From Geosiphon pyriformis uo1 (taxonomy: Eukaryota; Fungi; Glomeromycota): a stretch of 64,000 nt of DNA. The notes under the pieces were generated by a model. It was not told where the DNA came from. It saw only the letters and a list, made by a program, of their open reading frames with translations, and ran no database searches. Of this stretch, positions 51,274 to 64,000 are shown one piece after another; position 1 is the stretch's first letter; each line of letters begins with the position of its first letter. A program made the position numbers and the translations under genes. Location of the stretch: positions 620,001 through 684,000 of the forward strand of contig JAAOMT010000372.1 in assembly GCA_016748015.1 (NCBI GenBank). The letters are read 5' to 3'.

Positions 51274-51319
51274 AAACAAATAAACTCACGTGGCACAATA
51301 TCAAATCACGTGATTTTCT

Positions 51320-52378
51320 GAGGTTGTTACAAATCTATTAATTCTAAAAAAATTACAGAATTACTTTGTTTTTATTAACAAAAAAAATTATCCTTACTTT
51401 TACTTAAAAATTGTGAATCCCTAAAAATCTTAGACTGCAGAAAATTTTCTTGTTTTATTGATTGTTGCAGATAAACCAAATCTAAAAACTATTTCTTGAA
51501 AAGAAAATAATTTCCAAGAGTTAATAATAGAAGATTGCTCTAATTTAGAACAATTAGATTTTAGTAATCAAAGTATTTATTTTGAAGAAAGTGGTTATAA
51601 AATCGAATGTGAATTGTTAATTGATACTATTAACAATAGCAATCTGAAAAATGTTTTTTATTCCAAGTATAGTAAAAATATTCCTGATTACAAACCTTTT
51701 CCAAACTAGAAAAAGTAAAGATTGGTAAAAGAATTATAATAGGTAATGAACAAGCTTACTTTGTTGAAAGGATTGATATTCTCGGAATTCGCAATACTGA
51801 AAAAATAGAAACAATACTAGCTAATCCTAATAATTACTCTTGAGAAGACTTGATGAAACTAGAGAAAAAAGATTTATACGAAGTATTAGTCGAATTAAGA
51901 TTAAAACTAATCAACTTAGAGAGAAAGAAACTCAGAGAAGAATTAACAAAAGAAAAAACCAAAGCTGATTTACCACTGGTTGAAAAAAAAATACCAATTC
52001 CTCTCTTAGAAAAAGACAATTTACCAATAGAAGATAATCCGAAAATACCAACACCCCAAGAAGAACCAGTTCCGGAACCTGATTATAAAAAAGTATACTC
52101 CGAATTACAAGCAGAAATAGAAAATCTGAAAAAACAGCTACCAAAAAAGGAAGAAATAGCAGTAATATGAAATAAAATTACTAGTTCTGCCCTTAGTCAA
52201 GAAAAAAAGCAATAATTAGATAATTTACTAAATGCTAAAGAAAGAGGTATTAGTGAAAAGTAATAAGCCAACTAATTATTTTCCTTATCTCTTGGGAATA
52301 GGAATAATGATAATATCAGTAATGTTATTGGTTTACTTAGTAGGAAAAACAAGAAGAGAAATCAACTTGAAAAAATAA
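51320..52378 (+). pseudogene. Frameshifted LRR + coiled-coil + C-terminal TM protein, readable in genetic code 4; probable Mollicutes-related endobacterium (Ca. Moeniiplasma) origin
   Basis: LRR units KLSLLLLKNCESLKILDC and DKPNLKTISwKENNFQELIIEDCSNLEQLDFSN. In-frame TGA at 51497, 51841 and 52168 all read through sensibly as Trp. C-terminal anchor NKPTNYFPYLLGIGIMIISVMLLVYLVGKTRR. No introns needed. Confidence 0.72.
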
Positions 52379-54121
52379 TTATGGTTAATGCTCAAACATG
52401 ATTATAAACAATAAGTTTCCTAACCAAAGAGATTGAGAAATAATTAACAAAAAAATTGTAATTACTTTGGAAGATTATTTCCAGACCTTTTCCATATACC
52501 ACTGAGATTTTTTTGGTGAGCTTTTATAGTTTTCACTCCCACATGATTACGTTCACATTCCTTTCTATTCTCCCGAATATTTCATTCATTATATTTAACC
52601 AATTGATAAAAAAGAAAAAAAAAACACAGGAGAAATAATTAATCGCTAGCATAGAAGTTAAAAGTAAATAGTTCTTATATATGAAAGAATTAAAAAATAA
52701 GGATTTTGATCAGGTTTACTTTGTCTGGTTTTGTTTCAGCACGCCTCATATAATAATATACATCTAAATAAATGTTTGAATTAAATATTTCTTAAAATTA
52801 TTTTTTATTTATATAAAATTTTTCATGATTTAATTAATTTTTGTAATTAATATTATATATATTTTGATTATTAGAATTATCGGGTGGTCAAAATAATTAG
52901 AATCATATATTTTTGGAGTGAGATCTTGCTTTACGTTCTCTTGTTATTCTTCTTCTTCTTCTTCATTTCATATTCTTCCATTAATATGTTTTCTTTCCTC
53001 TTTTTTTTACTAGTCTGATTCTTATAATATTCATATAACATTCGAAAAGCGAATCCATTTCTATAGCTCTTATGTGCCATTTCGGGGAAAACTCCCCTCC
53101 TGTATTCTTTTTGATACTATATCCTTCTTGCCAGAAGAAAACAATTCAATCTAGATAAACTTTACTAATTTCAAAGTGGTCAAAGAATCCCAATTTTTAT
53201 AATTGTTCTTAAGAAATGGCCAGTCGGGTTTATTTGATCAAAAAAAATTTCTTTAGTAGTCGTTCTAAAAGGAAGATCTTACCTAAAAAAGTGATTATGC
53301 AAGAATGATTGTCATATTTAAGAAAATCTCCGCATTGTAAATCGGAGATATCCGTTCTAGTCTGTAACTTCTAATAATAAGACCAGCAAAAAATGGGAAG
53401 AACAATGGATAAAGTTAAAATAATTTATGTTTGTAAGAACATATTATTTCAGAGAGACTATCAAGGGAAAAAAGTGTTTGATAAAATTCGTTGAACAAAT
53501 GTTAAAGTGGTAAATTTCGAAACTCAAAATGTCGACCTGACTTTTCGGGTGGAAGCCACTCTAAAATTTGGTTTAGAAATATATATATGGTAAATTAAAC
53601 ATATTAATTGTATCCATATGCTTTACCCATTTTTTAAATTTTGTTAATCACTAGAATAGTAATCTTAGTTTCGGCTAGTTGACCCTCATTCAAAATGATA
53701 AACAGGCGAAGTTCTTGCGGCTAACGCTAAATTCTTCACCCTATCTCTGGATTTTATTTAAGGAATATTTGTTCAAGTGGTGGCCAAGTAATTAGCTGAG
53801 CAACCAATATCATAGGACTATCAAAAACAGCCCCTTTTTTTTTTAAATCTCCAAGCCTTGTGATACTCGCAAAATAAATCTGACACTTTTCTCCATCCTC
53901 ACAGCCTTCTTGGCGTTTGAATTAGAAATTTTTTGGGTCGCCTTTTCATAAAATAAAGTATAAAAAAAGCCACTAAACAAAATAAAAGACGCGCAAAAAT
54001 TTTAACACTTTATATAAATAGCATTATTGGCTTTAACCATTAAATAGAAAAAAGAAATCAATTCTACATTGATTGGTCGCGTTTTTGCTTTTTTTTAAAA
54101 CACGTGTTAGTTTTTTTCACA

Positions 54122-57110
54122 ATGACTTACTATCAAGGAGGGGGAGGAAGACCAGGTAGTCCAAGGGACCAAGAGCAGCAGCAGCAACAGCAACAACCTT
54201 ACCCAACATATCCAGCGTATACACCACAAATCTCAGACCCATATGCAGAAAATCAACCACCTCAAATATATCCACCTACACAACCCGGAATTTATCCACC
54301 AGTTCCTCACTCAGATTCCTTTGTTGACCTTAGTGCACAACAACCTTTATTACCACAACCTGGCCAGTCTCCTGTTTATCCTACTACTGGTCCTGGTGTT
54401 TCTTTTGAACTCGAAGATAAACCTCCATTACATTATGGTCAAGCACCAGCGCGTCAACCTCGTCGATATAAGACCACAAAACGGGTCGAATTGTTTCAAG
54501 GTAACTTGGTCCTCGATGTCCCAGTCCCCTCGAAATTATTAGAATTATGTCCAAGAAAAGACGAGAGGGAATTCACTCACATGCGCTATACTGCTGCCAC
54601 TTGTGACCCAAATGACTTTGGGCGTGACCGTTATACTCTACGTCAAAAGATTTATGAACCAGCACGAGCAACCGAATTATTTATTGTCTTAACCATGTAC
54701 AATGTAAGTCAATTGACTTTTCTAGTCATGAAGTTGATTGGCCGTTCTATGGCGATCATCAATTCAAATTGCTACTAAAAATCACGTGATTCCCTTCTAA
54801 TCCCTCTTGCATCATTATTTTCATCATCAGGAAGATGAAATTCTGTTTGCACGTACTTTCCACGGTGTCGTTAAAAATATTTCACATCTTTGTTCGCGTG
54901 ATCGTTCTCGAGTTTGGAGCAAAGAAGGATGGAAAAAAGTAACTGTATGTATTGTTTCGGATGGTCGAACAAAGATCAATCAACGTACTTTATCTTATCT
55001 TGCGGCTATCGGTGTGTATCAAGATGGCGTCGCCAAAAATAAAGTCAATGGAAAAGATGTTACAGCACATATTTACGAGTACACCACTCAAGTTTCAATC
55101 GATCCTGACATGAAGTTCAAGGGTGCTGATCGTGGCATTGTTCCAATTCAGGTTCTCTTCTGTCTCAAAGAAAAGAATGCAAAAAAAATCAATTCACATC
55201 GTTGGTTTTTTAATGCATTTGGATCTATTCTCACTCCAAATGTTTGTATCCTTCTTGATGTCGGCACAAAACCGGGAGGTACATCAATTTATCATTTGTG
55301 GAAAGCTTTCGATATAAACTCAAATGTGGCTGGTGCTTGTGGTGAAATTGTGGCAATGAAAGGTACCGCTGGTGTCAATTTATTGAACCCAATTGTCGCT
55401 GCTCAAAACTTCGAGTACAAGATGTCAAATATTTTGGATAAACCACTCGAATCTGTATTTGGTTATATCACTGTGTTACCGGGTGCTTTCTCCGCTTATC
55501 GTTATTTTGCTCTCGGAAACGATGAAAATGGAAACGGCCCTTTGAAGTCTTATTTCATGGGTGAATCGCAACACGGTGCAGATGCTGATATTTTCACGGC
55601 TAATATGTATCTCGCCGAAGATCGTATTCTTTGTTTTGAATTAGTCGCCAAGCGAAAGAGTGCATGGGTGTTACATTATGTAAAATCAGCATATGCTGAA
55701 ACTGATGTTCCTGATCAAGTTCCTGAATTGATTTCTCAACGAAGGCGTTGGTTGAATGGTTCATTCTTTGCTGGTGTTTATGCAATCTGGAACATGTCCA
55801 GCATATGGAGAAGTGATCACAGTCTCATAAGAAAAATTTTATTGAACGTAGAAATGTATTATCAAGCCTATAATTTGTTATTTTCGTGGTTTGGAATAGT
55901 AAGTATTCAATAATATTCAATACTAGAAATTACATATCAGAATTTATTAAATATTTCTCGTGCCGTTTTCTTTTCAGGGGAACTTTTATTTGACATTCTA
56001 CATCTTAGGAAATTCTCTGACAGACCAGGACGTAGTTAAGGGTCTCTGGAGTACCACGACTGGCGAAATTATATTTGCTATACTACGATATATATATTTG
56101 ACCTTGCTGATAACTCAATTTATTCTTGCTATGGGCAATCGACCTCAAGGGTATTTCATTATATTTAAGATATTTGTTAATCGATTTCAAAATCTTAATC
56201 AACCTTTCCAATTAAAATATAAATCCTGCTTTCCTTTGACCTATCAGATCAAAATGGGCCTATATTGTTTCAATCGTGTTCTTTGCCTTTCTTATGGGTT
56301 ACATGTTGTTTGCGGCCGGTTGGCTTACTGCCAAAGGTATCGATTTCGCCTTGGAAACTAACAAGAATAAATTAACCGGAGCAAACGTTTCCACCGCAGC
56401 TGCAATTTTTAACGACCCTACTTTCCGCAACGTCATCTTGTCGCTGGCTTCCACCTATGGTCTTTACTTTGTCGCAAGCTTCCTATTCTTTGAACCCTGG
56501 CACATGTTCAGCAGTCTGATACAATATCTTTTTTTGGTTCCATTCTACATCAATATTTTGAATGTTTATGCTTTTTGTAATGTTCACGATGTCAGGTATG
56601 TTAAATATGTGATTTTAAAGAACTTTTTTGACAATAGCGTTTTTAATTTCGAAAAAAAATTAAGTAATCCTTCCTTTTCATAGCTGGGGTACGAAAGGAG
56701 ATAACGCTGTAAAGCAAGATCTCGGTTCCGTAACTACAGGACCTGGAAAGAGCACTGTAGAAGTCGAAATTCCTGTCGAGCAAAAAGACATCAATGCTGC
56801 TTACCAAGAGGCATGTGCTGAACTTGCAAAACCATTTGAGCCCCAAGAGGAACATCGTGATTCAAGCACCAAACAAGAAGATTATTATAAATCCTTCCGT
56901 ACCCGTGTTGTATTATGCTGGATTTTGTCAAACGCAGCATTGGTTGCTGGTATCACAAATTCGAATGTCTCAAGTTTGAACAATGTTTTGGCGGCGGACC
57001 AAAGAAGCAATGTTTATATGGCCTTTGTACTATGGTCCGTGGCAGGATTGGCAGCATTTCGATTCGTAGGCAGCTGTACATATCTGTTATTCAGACTTTT
57101 CACTGGTTAA
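54122..57110 (+). CDS. CHS: Chitin synthase, division 1 (class I/II-like, no myosin motor or cytochrome b5 domain); exons ~54122-54703, 54831-55898, 55978-56150, 56248-56595, 56684-57110
   Basis: Motifs [94 protein letters not shown]. Canonical GT-AG introns. Confidence 0.97.
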
Positions 57111-58081
57111 GAAATACAAAATATTAGGGTTTTGTTTTCGTCACGTTAGAAAAACTCAGTTCTGATTTCTTCGGTTACAGATTTTCTTTTTTTTGTAACG
57201 AAATGGGTATTGTAAGGAGGTTTGTGGTTGTTTACTATTATAATTCAAAATGAACTTATTTCCTTTTGAAAAGTCCCCGTTGCTCCGTTTTACAATATCG
57301 ATTTCACCCTCCCTGCCTTGTCATCAGAACATTTTTGTAAAAATTACAATTTTCATTATTTCTCCGCAAGACAAGATTTCCTCTTAGACCTAATAATTGT
57401 ACTGTAATATTTTATCTTTTTTTACATGCTCATATCCTTTAACTGTCAAACTTTTCTCGTCTTGAAAACAATCAATCGATGCATCGAAATTTTTTAAAAT
57501 ATGAAACCTTTCCTGTTTTTCGATAAATGTATTATAATATATCTTTTCCACTTTAGCTAGTGAAAACCATTTTTTCCAATCGACGAAAATTTCAATAATT
57601 CAGTATTTATTCCAATAGGTTTACTAAATACTGATTCAGTATTCATAAATTCTGATTCTCCAACTTATTTTTAGGATAAATCTTTTGGAACATGGGCCCA
57701 TTTTATTTAAATTGTCCCCTTCTCACTGGGAGATAATAAAGCAAAGGCTTTACACTCCTAAGAACATCAATATGATAAAGTTTGAAATAAATATAACTCA
57801 AAATATGCCTGTTTTTCGGATTTTCAGAATTTGTTATCATTATATGAAAAATTTTTGTATCAAGTTGCAATTCTTCCTACAATTGCTTCGAAGCAAAATT
57901 GTGTATTTGAGTGTATCCATGAATAAGTAAAAACGGTGGTTGTTCTTTGTTGATTCTTTTGAAATATGTTTGCCTCTTATTTCGACCAAGTTCAATGGTC
58001 ATGTTTTTTACTTCACAGGGCCTTATATAAAGTTTATTGATGATCCGAAACCACCATCCCCCAATATTTCCTATTTCCCAA

Positions 58082-60739
58082 CTAAACCTTAGAGGTTTCT
58101 GCGTTGATTTTGTAATTGACGATAGGCTGGCCATCTTTTGACTGAGTTTCCGAACTTTTTATAAAGACACCCGCGCCACCCGGCACCGGTAGATCTTCTT
58201 TTTTGAACGATGGAGCACCGTTTATTCCTGGAGTTAAAGCTTCTATTTCTTCCTTTCTATCGCTTTCTTGAATCGCTTGATATACAAATACTGATTCTTC
58301 AGTTTCTTCAGTACCTGCAGTTCGTTCGGGAACACTTATCGGATCAACTATGATCACGTCTTCTTGAGGATTCTCTTCAGAAGCAGTGGTCAAATCATCC
58401 ATGACGAATGGGTGATATACAAACCCATTTTCTTCCCCTTCATTTCTTTCTTCAGATCGAGAAGGGATAGGGTCGTTAGCAAGAGAATAATTATCATTTT
58501 CGTCTTCAGCTGGTTTGGTGTCATAAGGCAAAATGTCGGATTTTCCAGTTTTGGTCATTTCCACCAGTTTGGATAAATCAAAATTTCTTGGGGAGCTGAA
58601 ATTCTTATCTGTCATATCTTGAACTGGACTGGGATTAGAGAAGCTTTGAGAGCGAGGAATAAATGCGGGTGCATGTGGATTCAGAGAAGGGGCTGCGAGT
58701 GTTGGTAGTGATTGAGCCGAAGGGTGGTTTATACTGGGGTTTGAGGGATTCACAGATGAGGATTTGATAGGAATGGCTGGAGTTGATGAATGTTGGTGCA
58801 TAGGTATTAAAGACGTGGTAAATATCCCTTCCTTTGGCTGTAACGCAACTTTTTTCGATGTATCTGCAAAATCATTCTCGTCTAATTTTGTTACAAAGAG
58901 AGATTCTTGGGAAACCGAGGATGATTTGCTAGATGATTCTAAAGAGAATTTATTAAACTTATCATGCAAAGTCTCTGGGGATTTATGCGTCATAGATAGA
59001 TTAAATGGAGCAATGTTATCTCCACTATCCAAACTTCGAAGATCATCTCGGCCTATGCTAGCGTGATCATCGTCTTCCTCTTCCTCCTCATAATCATTCA
59101 CAACTAAAGGAAGAGACTCTCCTTCCATCAGCGGTTCAATTTCGATACTTTCGTCCAATAATTGTTGTTTTGTTAAATATACTCGTGAAACAAGCCAATG
59201 ATGTAATTCTAAATCTCCAGAATCCAAAGAGGAAAGATCTGGAGGTATTTTAATTTGATTCCCATCAATAGTAATGCTATTATTCATGCGTGCTACGATA
59301 CTCGTTTTTTTGCGTATGTCCCATTCTTCGTCTTCCTGCGAAGCAGGATTCGATTTGCACTGCTCCAAAAGAGCAAATATTGATTCTAATTTTCTAGCAC
59401 CCGGGGCAGACAAAAACATTTCGGAATAGTCCCCATGATTCCCAGTTGTATAAGTTTGCATGATTGCTTTGACCTCTTCGTAATGGGTTTGCATCCAAGG
59501 TATCGCAATCATTCCATTTTGAGCATTACGATGCAAGTCTAGTTTCTGGGTAATTAACTCTCTGTAGGCTTGATAGTCGTTCTCGGGATTGACATATCCT
59601 GCCAATTCTTTGAATCTTTGATTGGTACGTGTTGATAAATTAGTCCATAATCTTCGTATTCTACGCACTTCTGGCGACTTTAAGGCCTTAACTAAAGCAG
59701 CGAAACTATTGAAATTACGATGCACATTAAGTAAGATATAGGCAATTTTCAGGCCATGGGCAATGATGTTTTCTCGAGCCTGATGAGAAGTTCTAAGAGA
59801 ATTACCCGAAGTTCGAGTGTTATCGGCATAAATCATGAATTGATGGGTAAAGCTATTGGTTAAATAACGATGAAAATCCAGACACGCTTGTGCTTTAGAG
59901 TTTTTTCTATCTTTCGTTATCAGATCCTTTCGAAAATCAACTTTTCCAAACAATTGACTGTCAATGTACGTTAATTGTTTTGCCACAGCATCTGTATCCC
60001 AGTAAAGCAGCGTAAGCGTAGAAACGTTTTGTATCTGAACATTCACGGCATCCATTTTTAAACGGTAAACACGAACATCTTCATGCAAACCACGAATAGT
60101 TTGTATATTACTACTATTGCTTCCAGATCCTTCAGAAATCTTATTGTTAGCAGCGGTGACTTTATTAGAGGCAGTTGCAAGTGCATGCACGCACTCAATA
60201 GATAGTCGTGTAAGAGGGGAAAAAGGTACAAGTGGTAAGTGGGTTGGTGTCGCATTGATAGGAAGTATTGAGGGCTCTGTATCGGATATATCAGATAGTT
60301 GTGGAGAAGGAAGAGAGCCGTTGATAGTTTGTTTATGAAGGATCTTTTCAGCACGTTGCACACACCAATTAAGATGTTGAAACATAAGGAGACTATTGGT
60401 TGGTCTGTTCTTCACAGTGTCTAAAGCAACATATTCTTGAGTCGCGTTAACTGTGTTATAAATGCAAACTTCATCTCCCGTTGAAGATCACCAATACAGG
60501 TTACCTCGAGTTGCAAAAGTAACCTCCTTTGTGAGTTTTTGAATCAGGGCATCTGCTGTTTTCAAATAATTAGAGTAGGATCCCTACAGATTTATAAGAA
60601 ACTTTAGAATCTAACAGAGATGTAAAAATAATTCGGAGTGACAATAAAAACAAGTAAAGTTGGAAATTAAAAAAACCTTTAAATTTTGTTGATCCTGGTC
60701 CTCTACCGCCGTTTGGAACAAGCTTTCCCATGAGTTCAT
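58082..60739 (-). CDS. Second RasGEF (CDC25-domain) protein with N-terminal MIT-like domain and long disordered tail
   Basis: CDC25 motifs VAKQLTYIDSQLF, RNFNSFAALVKALKSPEVRRIRRLW, DYQAYRE, IAIPW. Upstream exons give MNSWESLFQTAVEDQDQQNLK|GSYSNYLKTADALIQKL...|...WCVQRAEKIL. Confidence 0.85.
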
Positions 60740-61087
60740 CTTTAACAATTAACTGAACTGATTGAAAGCAATTGACTCCAAAAGGGTTTAAAGTAAAGAA
60801 CAGTGTCTCTAAATGTATTTTCTACATATTTATTGTGCAGAAAATCAGGTTTTAACTCGGAAGTTGGTACCTAGGGGCTTTGTGTTATGTGACACCACAA
60901 TCAAGAACCCGACGGATAGCTATTATTGATGAGATTGCATATTTAGAAGATTGGTAGTTTTCCATACTAATATTCGTGTACTCCATCGAAAATATTTATT
61001 TTAGAAAAAATTTCGGAGTTGAGAAAACTTAAAATGTATCTAAAAAATTAGAAGATATCACATCTCAAATTATAGGTAAAAAAACTT

Positions 61088-63616
61088 CTAAGAGTCTTTG
61101 AGATAGTCGCATACGTTGGGACATTCTTCCGGGCGTATTTTAAAGATACCTGAGAAGGGTCTTCCCGATTTCAAAAAAAGATCAAAATACATTTGCCTTA
61201 GATTTTCCTCGTGCTATTATGCAGTTAATGTAGATATTGTGATTTAACAAAGCCATAATGATTGAGGCAATATTAAAATTACATATGGGTTGAAATAAAA
61301 TTACCGCTGGTTCTTTCGCCCCAATATTAAAGGTCTTTTCGGTCCAAGATCTTACAGCTTTGATTTTTTCGGATATATTTTTTTTGTCTAAATATGCAGC
61401 TATGTCTTCTGTATAAAGTTCTACTAATAACTTTAGCATCAACTCATGTGCAGTTTGCTTCCACGCACACATCGGGATCAGTATGTCCTCCATTACTTTC
61501 CCCCATTGCGGAAAAACAAGTAGTTTTAGTCTACAGTTCTTTATAAGCAAAGTTATGAGAGACTGCCAGAGAGACTCATATACTTCATTGTGGGTTATGT
61601 TGGAGAGATCTCTTGGAAGCGAAGCTGACATATAGGGTACAGCGCGCTTTAGTGCTATTGCATCACCCTTGAGGCAGGAATCCATTATATAATGAGCAAA
61701 AACCTTCGTCATAAAAGGAGATCAGTTGGTGATAAGTTAACAAACTCAAATTATTTTTTAGTAGTGCGACATACCTTTCTAGCCAAATCACTTTCTTTTA
61801 ACATCTCAATTTCCCGCTCGGTAAATTTTGACATGTTTTTCTCATTTAAAGTTAAATTCTGCCGATCTTCCTGACGATCTGGAAAAGGCCCGGTACTATT
61901 TTGACGTCTTTGGGCTTCACGTGCAGCGAATCGAGTTTTATCGTCCAACATTAAGGATAACAAGCGAAAATAAAAATCTTCGTAAATTGCAGGATCGACC
62001 TGAGGAATTGCATAGGTTTTGGTAACAAGCATATCGCGAGATTCACTGCCAAGATTAATCAACGTGGAGCACCAAGTGACCGTACCATCATTCTGATAAA
62101 TTTGTGTAAGGAATAAATTCAAAATTTTCATTTGATCTTTAATCTAGAAATTATTTGCACCTTTGGTTCAGTTGGATTCCTTTCTTGGTTTGCAATTTTC
62201 CTTAAAGCAGACAACAAACGTGCACCCAAGACATTAGACACGATTGGGTCTTTGAAAATCAATGCCATGTCGCTAAGTGTAAAGTATTATTAAAAGGATA
62301 TTAGCCTATTAGTCAAAACTCAAATTAAAATTTTTGAAAATCAATACCCAAAATCAGTGGTTCCCTTGTATTTGCTACAGTAGTTGTTAATGTTAATAAG
62401 CCTATCTTGATTGAATCCTTTTCTGATGCCTTCATTAACATGCCAAATCAATTCAAAGGAAGGATCTGTTTTGCAAATCTACTTTAAATTGATATTAAAA
62501 ATTGATATTTGAAGAGGCTTACTATAACCCCGAAATTCAATTAGAGCTTACCAAGATCTTATTGGCTTTCTGCATTGCCATAAATAAATCAAATCGAAAG
62601 GAACAAATACTTGCCCAGCCAAATTGTATATATAGTTCCCGTAAAATAGGTTGTACTGCTTTAAACAGAACGGTACTGTCACCAATTACGTTCACAATTT
62701 GTTGGACATTTCTTTGATTGACTCTGAGAAGAAGAAATTTCTTATTTTGATATCAAAAAATGTATATCTAAAATTTTATACAAATCTAACCGGGCATCCA
62801 GGTACTCATTCACATTTGTTCCGCGCATCTCCCTTGACCATACACGCAAAATTGGGTCGCTCACATATCCCGTTAATTGGTAGACCAAGATTGAAGCAAA
62901 CATGCGTGAATCTCTCTCAAAGAAACCTCTTTTTAATTCCAAAGGTGATTCCTTGTGAATTTGAAAATAGAAAAGAATTATACAATTGCGAGAAAGATTA
63001 AACTCAGAAAGAATAAGTAATGCAGTATAAAAGTACTTCACTTCTATGAACTGCTTATCGGGAAGTAATTCACGGAAGAGACCCTCAGTTTGGAGTGCGG
63101 GATACTTTTGAAGTAGAGCCATGATCAAACCGCGTATAGCCTTGATTTCACGAAGCTTCAAGGCTTTTTTCAGAAAAATATTGCTCCTAGTTTATTATGG
63201 ATAAGAGGAAATTATTAATGATTAAAATCCAAGTGCAAAATATACCAAACTTCGTAATGATAGACCTCACTTCTCATCATTCCAACTGTCGCTATGCATG
63301 TAAACTATGAGTCTTTTTTGTAACGCGGCAAGAATTCCAGTGTGAATTTCGTATCTAGACAAACCCGAAACTTCAAGAACAGGATATAAAGCCTAAAGTT
63401 TGCTCCTTGAGTTAAAAAAAGAATAAGATCAAAGGGCAAAGAAAGAAAAGATGGACTGACATTGATGTTGAAGTTTGGGAATTGAAGCCCTAGCTGTTCT
63501 TGGAACTCGCTTATAACAGAATGTGGATCATTTTCGGAAAGCTTATTCCTGATCTTATCAACGCCTTTTTGTCCAATTGTATATTTGTCAAGAAGATCCT
63601 CATGTGGAGAAGACAT
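61088..63616 (-). CDS. NELFB: Negative elongation factor B (COBRA1) homologue, multi-exon
   Basis: Colinear matches to animal NELF-B: DPHSVISEFQEQLGL (EPLKAIEQFQTENGV), PLELKRGFF (AVEVKRQIW), QIVNVIGDSTVLF...ICSFRFDLFMAM (RLTRMVGKNVKLY...YCTLRAELLMSL), ICKTDPSFELIW (ICTVDPCHKFTW), DMALIFKDP (DLSMILCDP). Stop at 61088-61090. Confidence 0.88.
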
Positions 63617-64000
63617 TATAAAATAGGACAATTCGTTAGACTTGTATCTTTAAAGAGAAGAAATAATACCGATAATGGAATTATTACGCCACGCGAAATT
63701 AAATGTGTCTCTTCCAAGTAGATGTATTGAATTGATTCACATATAGTAGATTTTCATAAAAACGATAATAAATATATTTTTTTAATTCGCAGTTTGAAAA
63801 TAATTAATTATATACTTTATTTATCATTTTATATTTTACAAAATTATTAACTAATCTGTTATATTAATTAAGTAATAATATATTATTAATAAAATCCCTA
63901 TTTAACCAACTTGAATATTGATAATTAAAATATTTTCAATTACATTAAATCTATCAATATTAATATTATAAAGGAATGAAATACTATTAAACAATTTGAA

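Overview
Eukaryotic, intron-containing fungal DNA, most consistent with an arbuscular mycorrhizal (Glomeromycotina) genome. This is inferred from gene content, repeat families and composition; the repeats resemble those I associate with Geosiphon/Archaeosporales, which is unverified. The window has two compartments. (1) AT-rich, CpG-depleted transposon graveyards (1-~31.8 kb, ~45.4-51.2 kb) hold two LINEs with APE endonuclease; the longer one also has RT and RNase H. That LINE is split by a Ty3/Gypsy element, which is itself split by a second Gypsy (three-level nest with 4-bp TSDs). Both Gypsies carry a dUTPase and an extra 3' ORF. There are also three solo LTRs and a MULE transposase. All are heavily eroded by C>T/G>A transitions. 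(2) Gene islands hold a RalGAP-beta homologue head-to-head with an MIT-like+RasGEF gene, a GC-rich PD-(D/E)xK-like gene, a chitin synthase, a second MIT-like+RasGEF paralogue and a NELF-B/COBRA1 homologue. The most notable observations are: a ~1.4 kb segment that reads as a Mollicutes-endobacterium LRR gene in genetic code 4 (TGA=Trp) next to a perfect 38-bp palindrome; RIP-like transition-only hypermutation; a conserved anti-PBS hairpin in the LTRs of two Gypsy families; and MIT-RasGEF and NELF-B genes in a fungus. Coordinates were counted by hand and no database searches were run.
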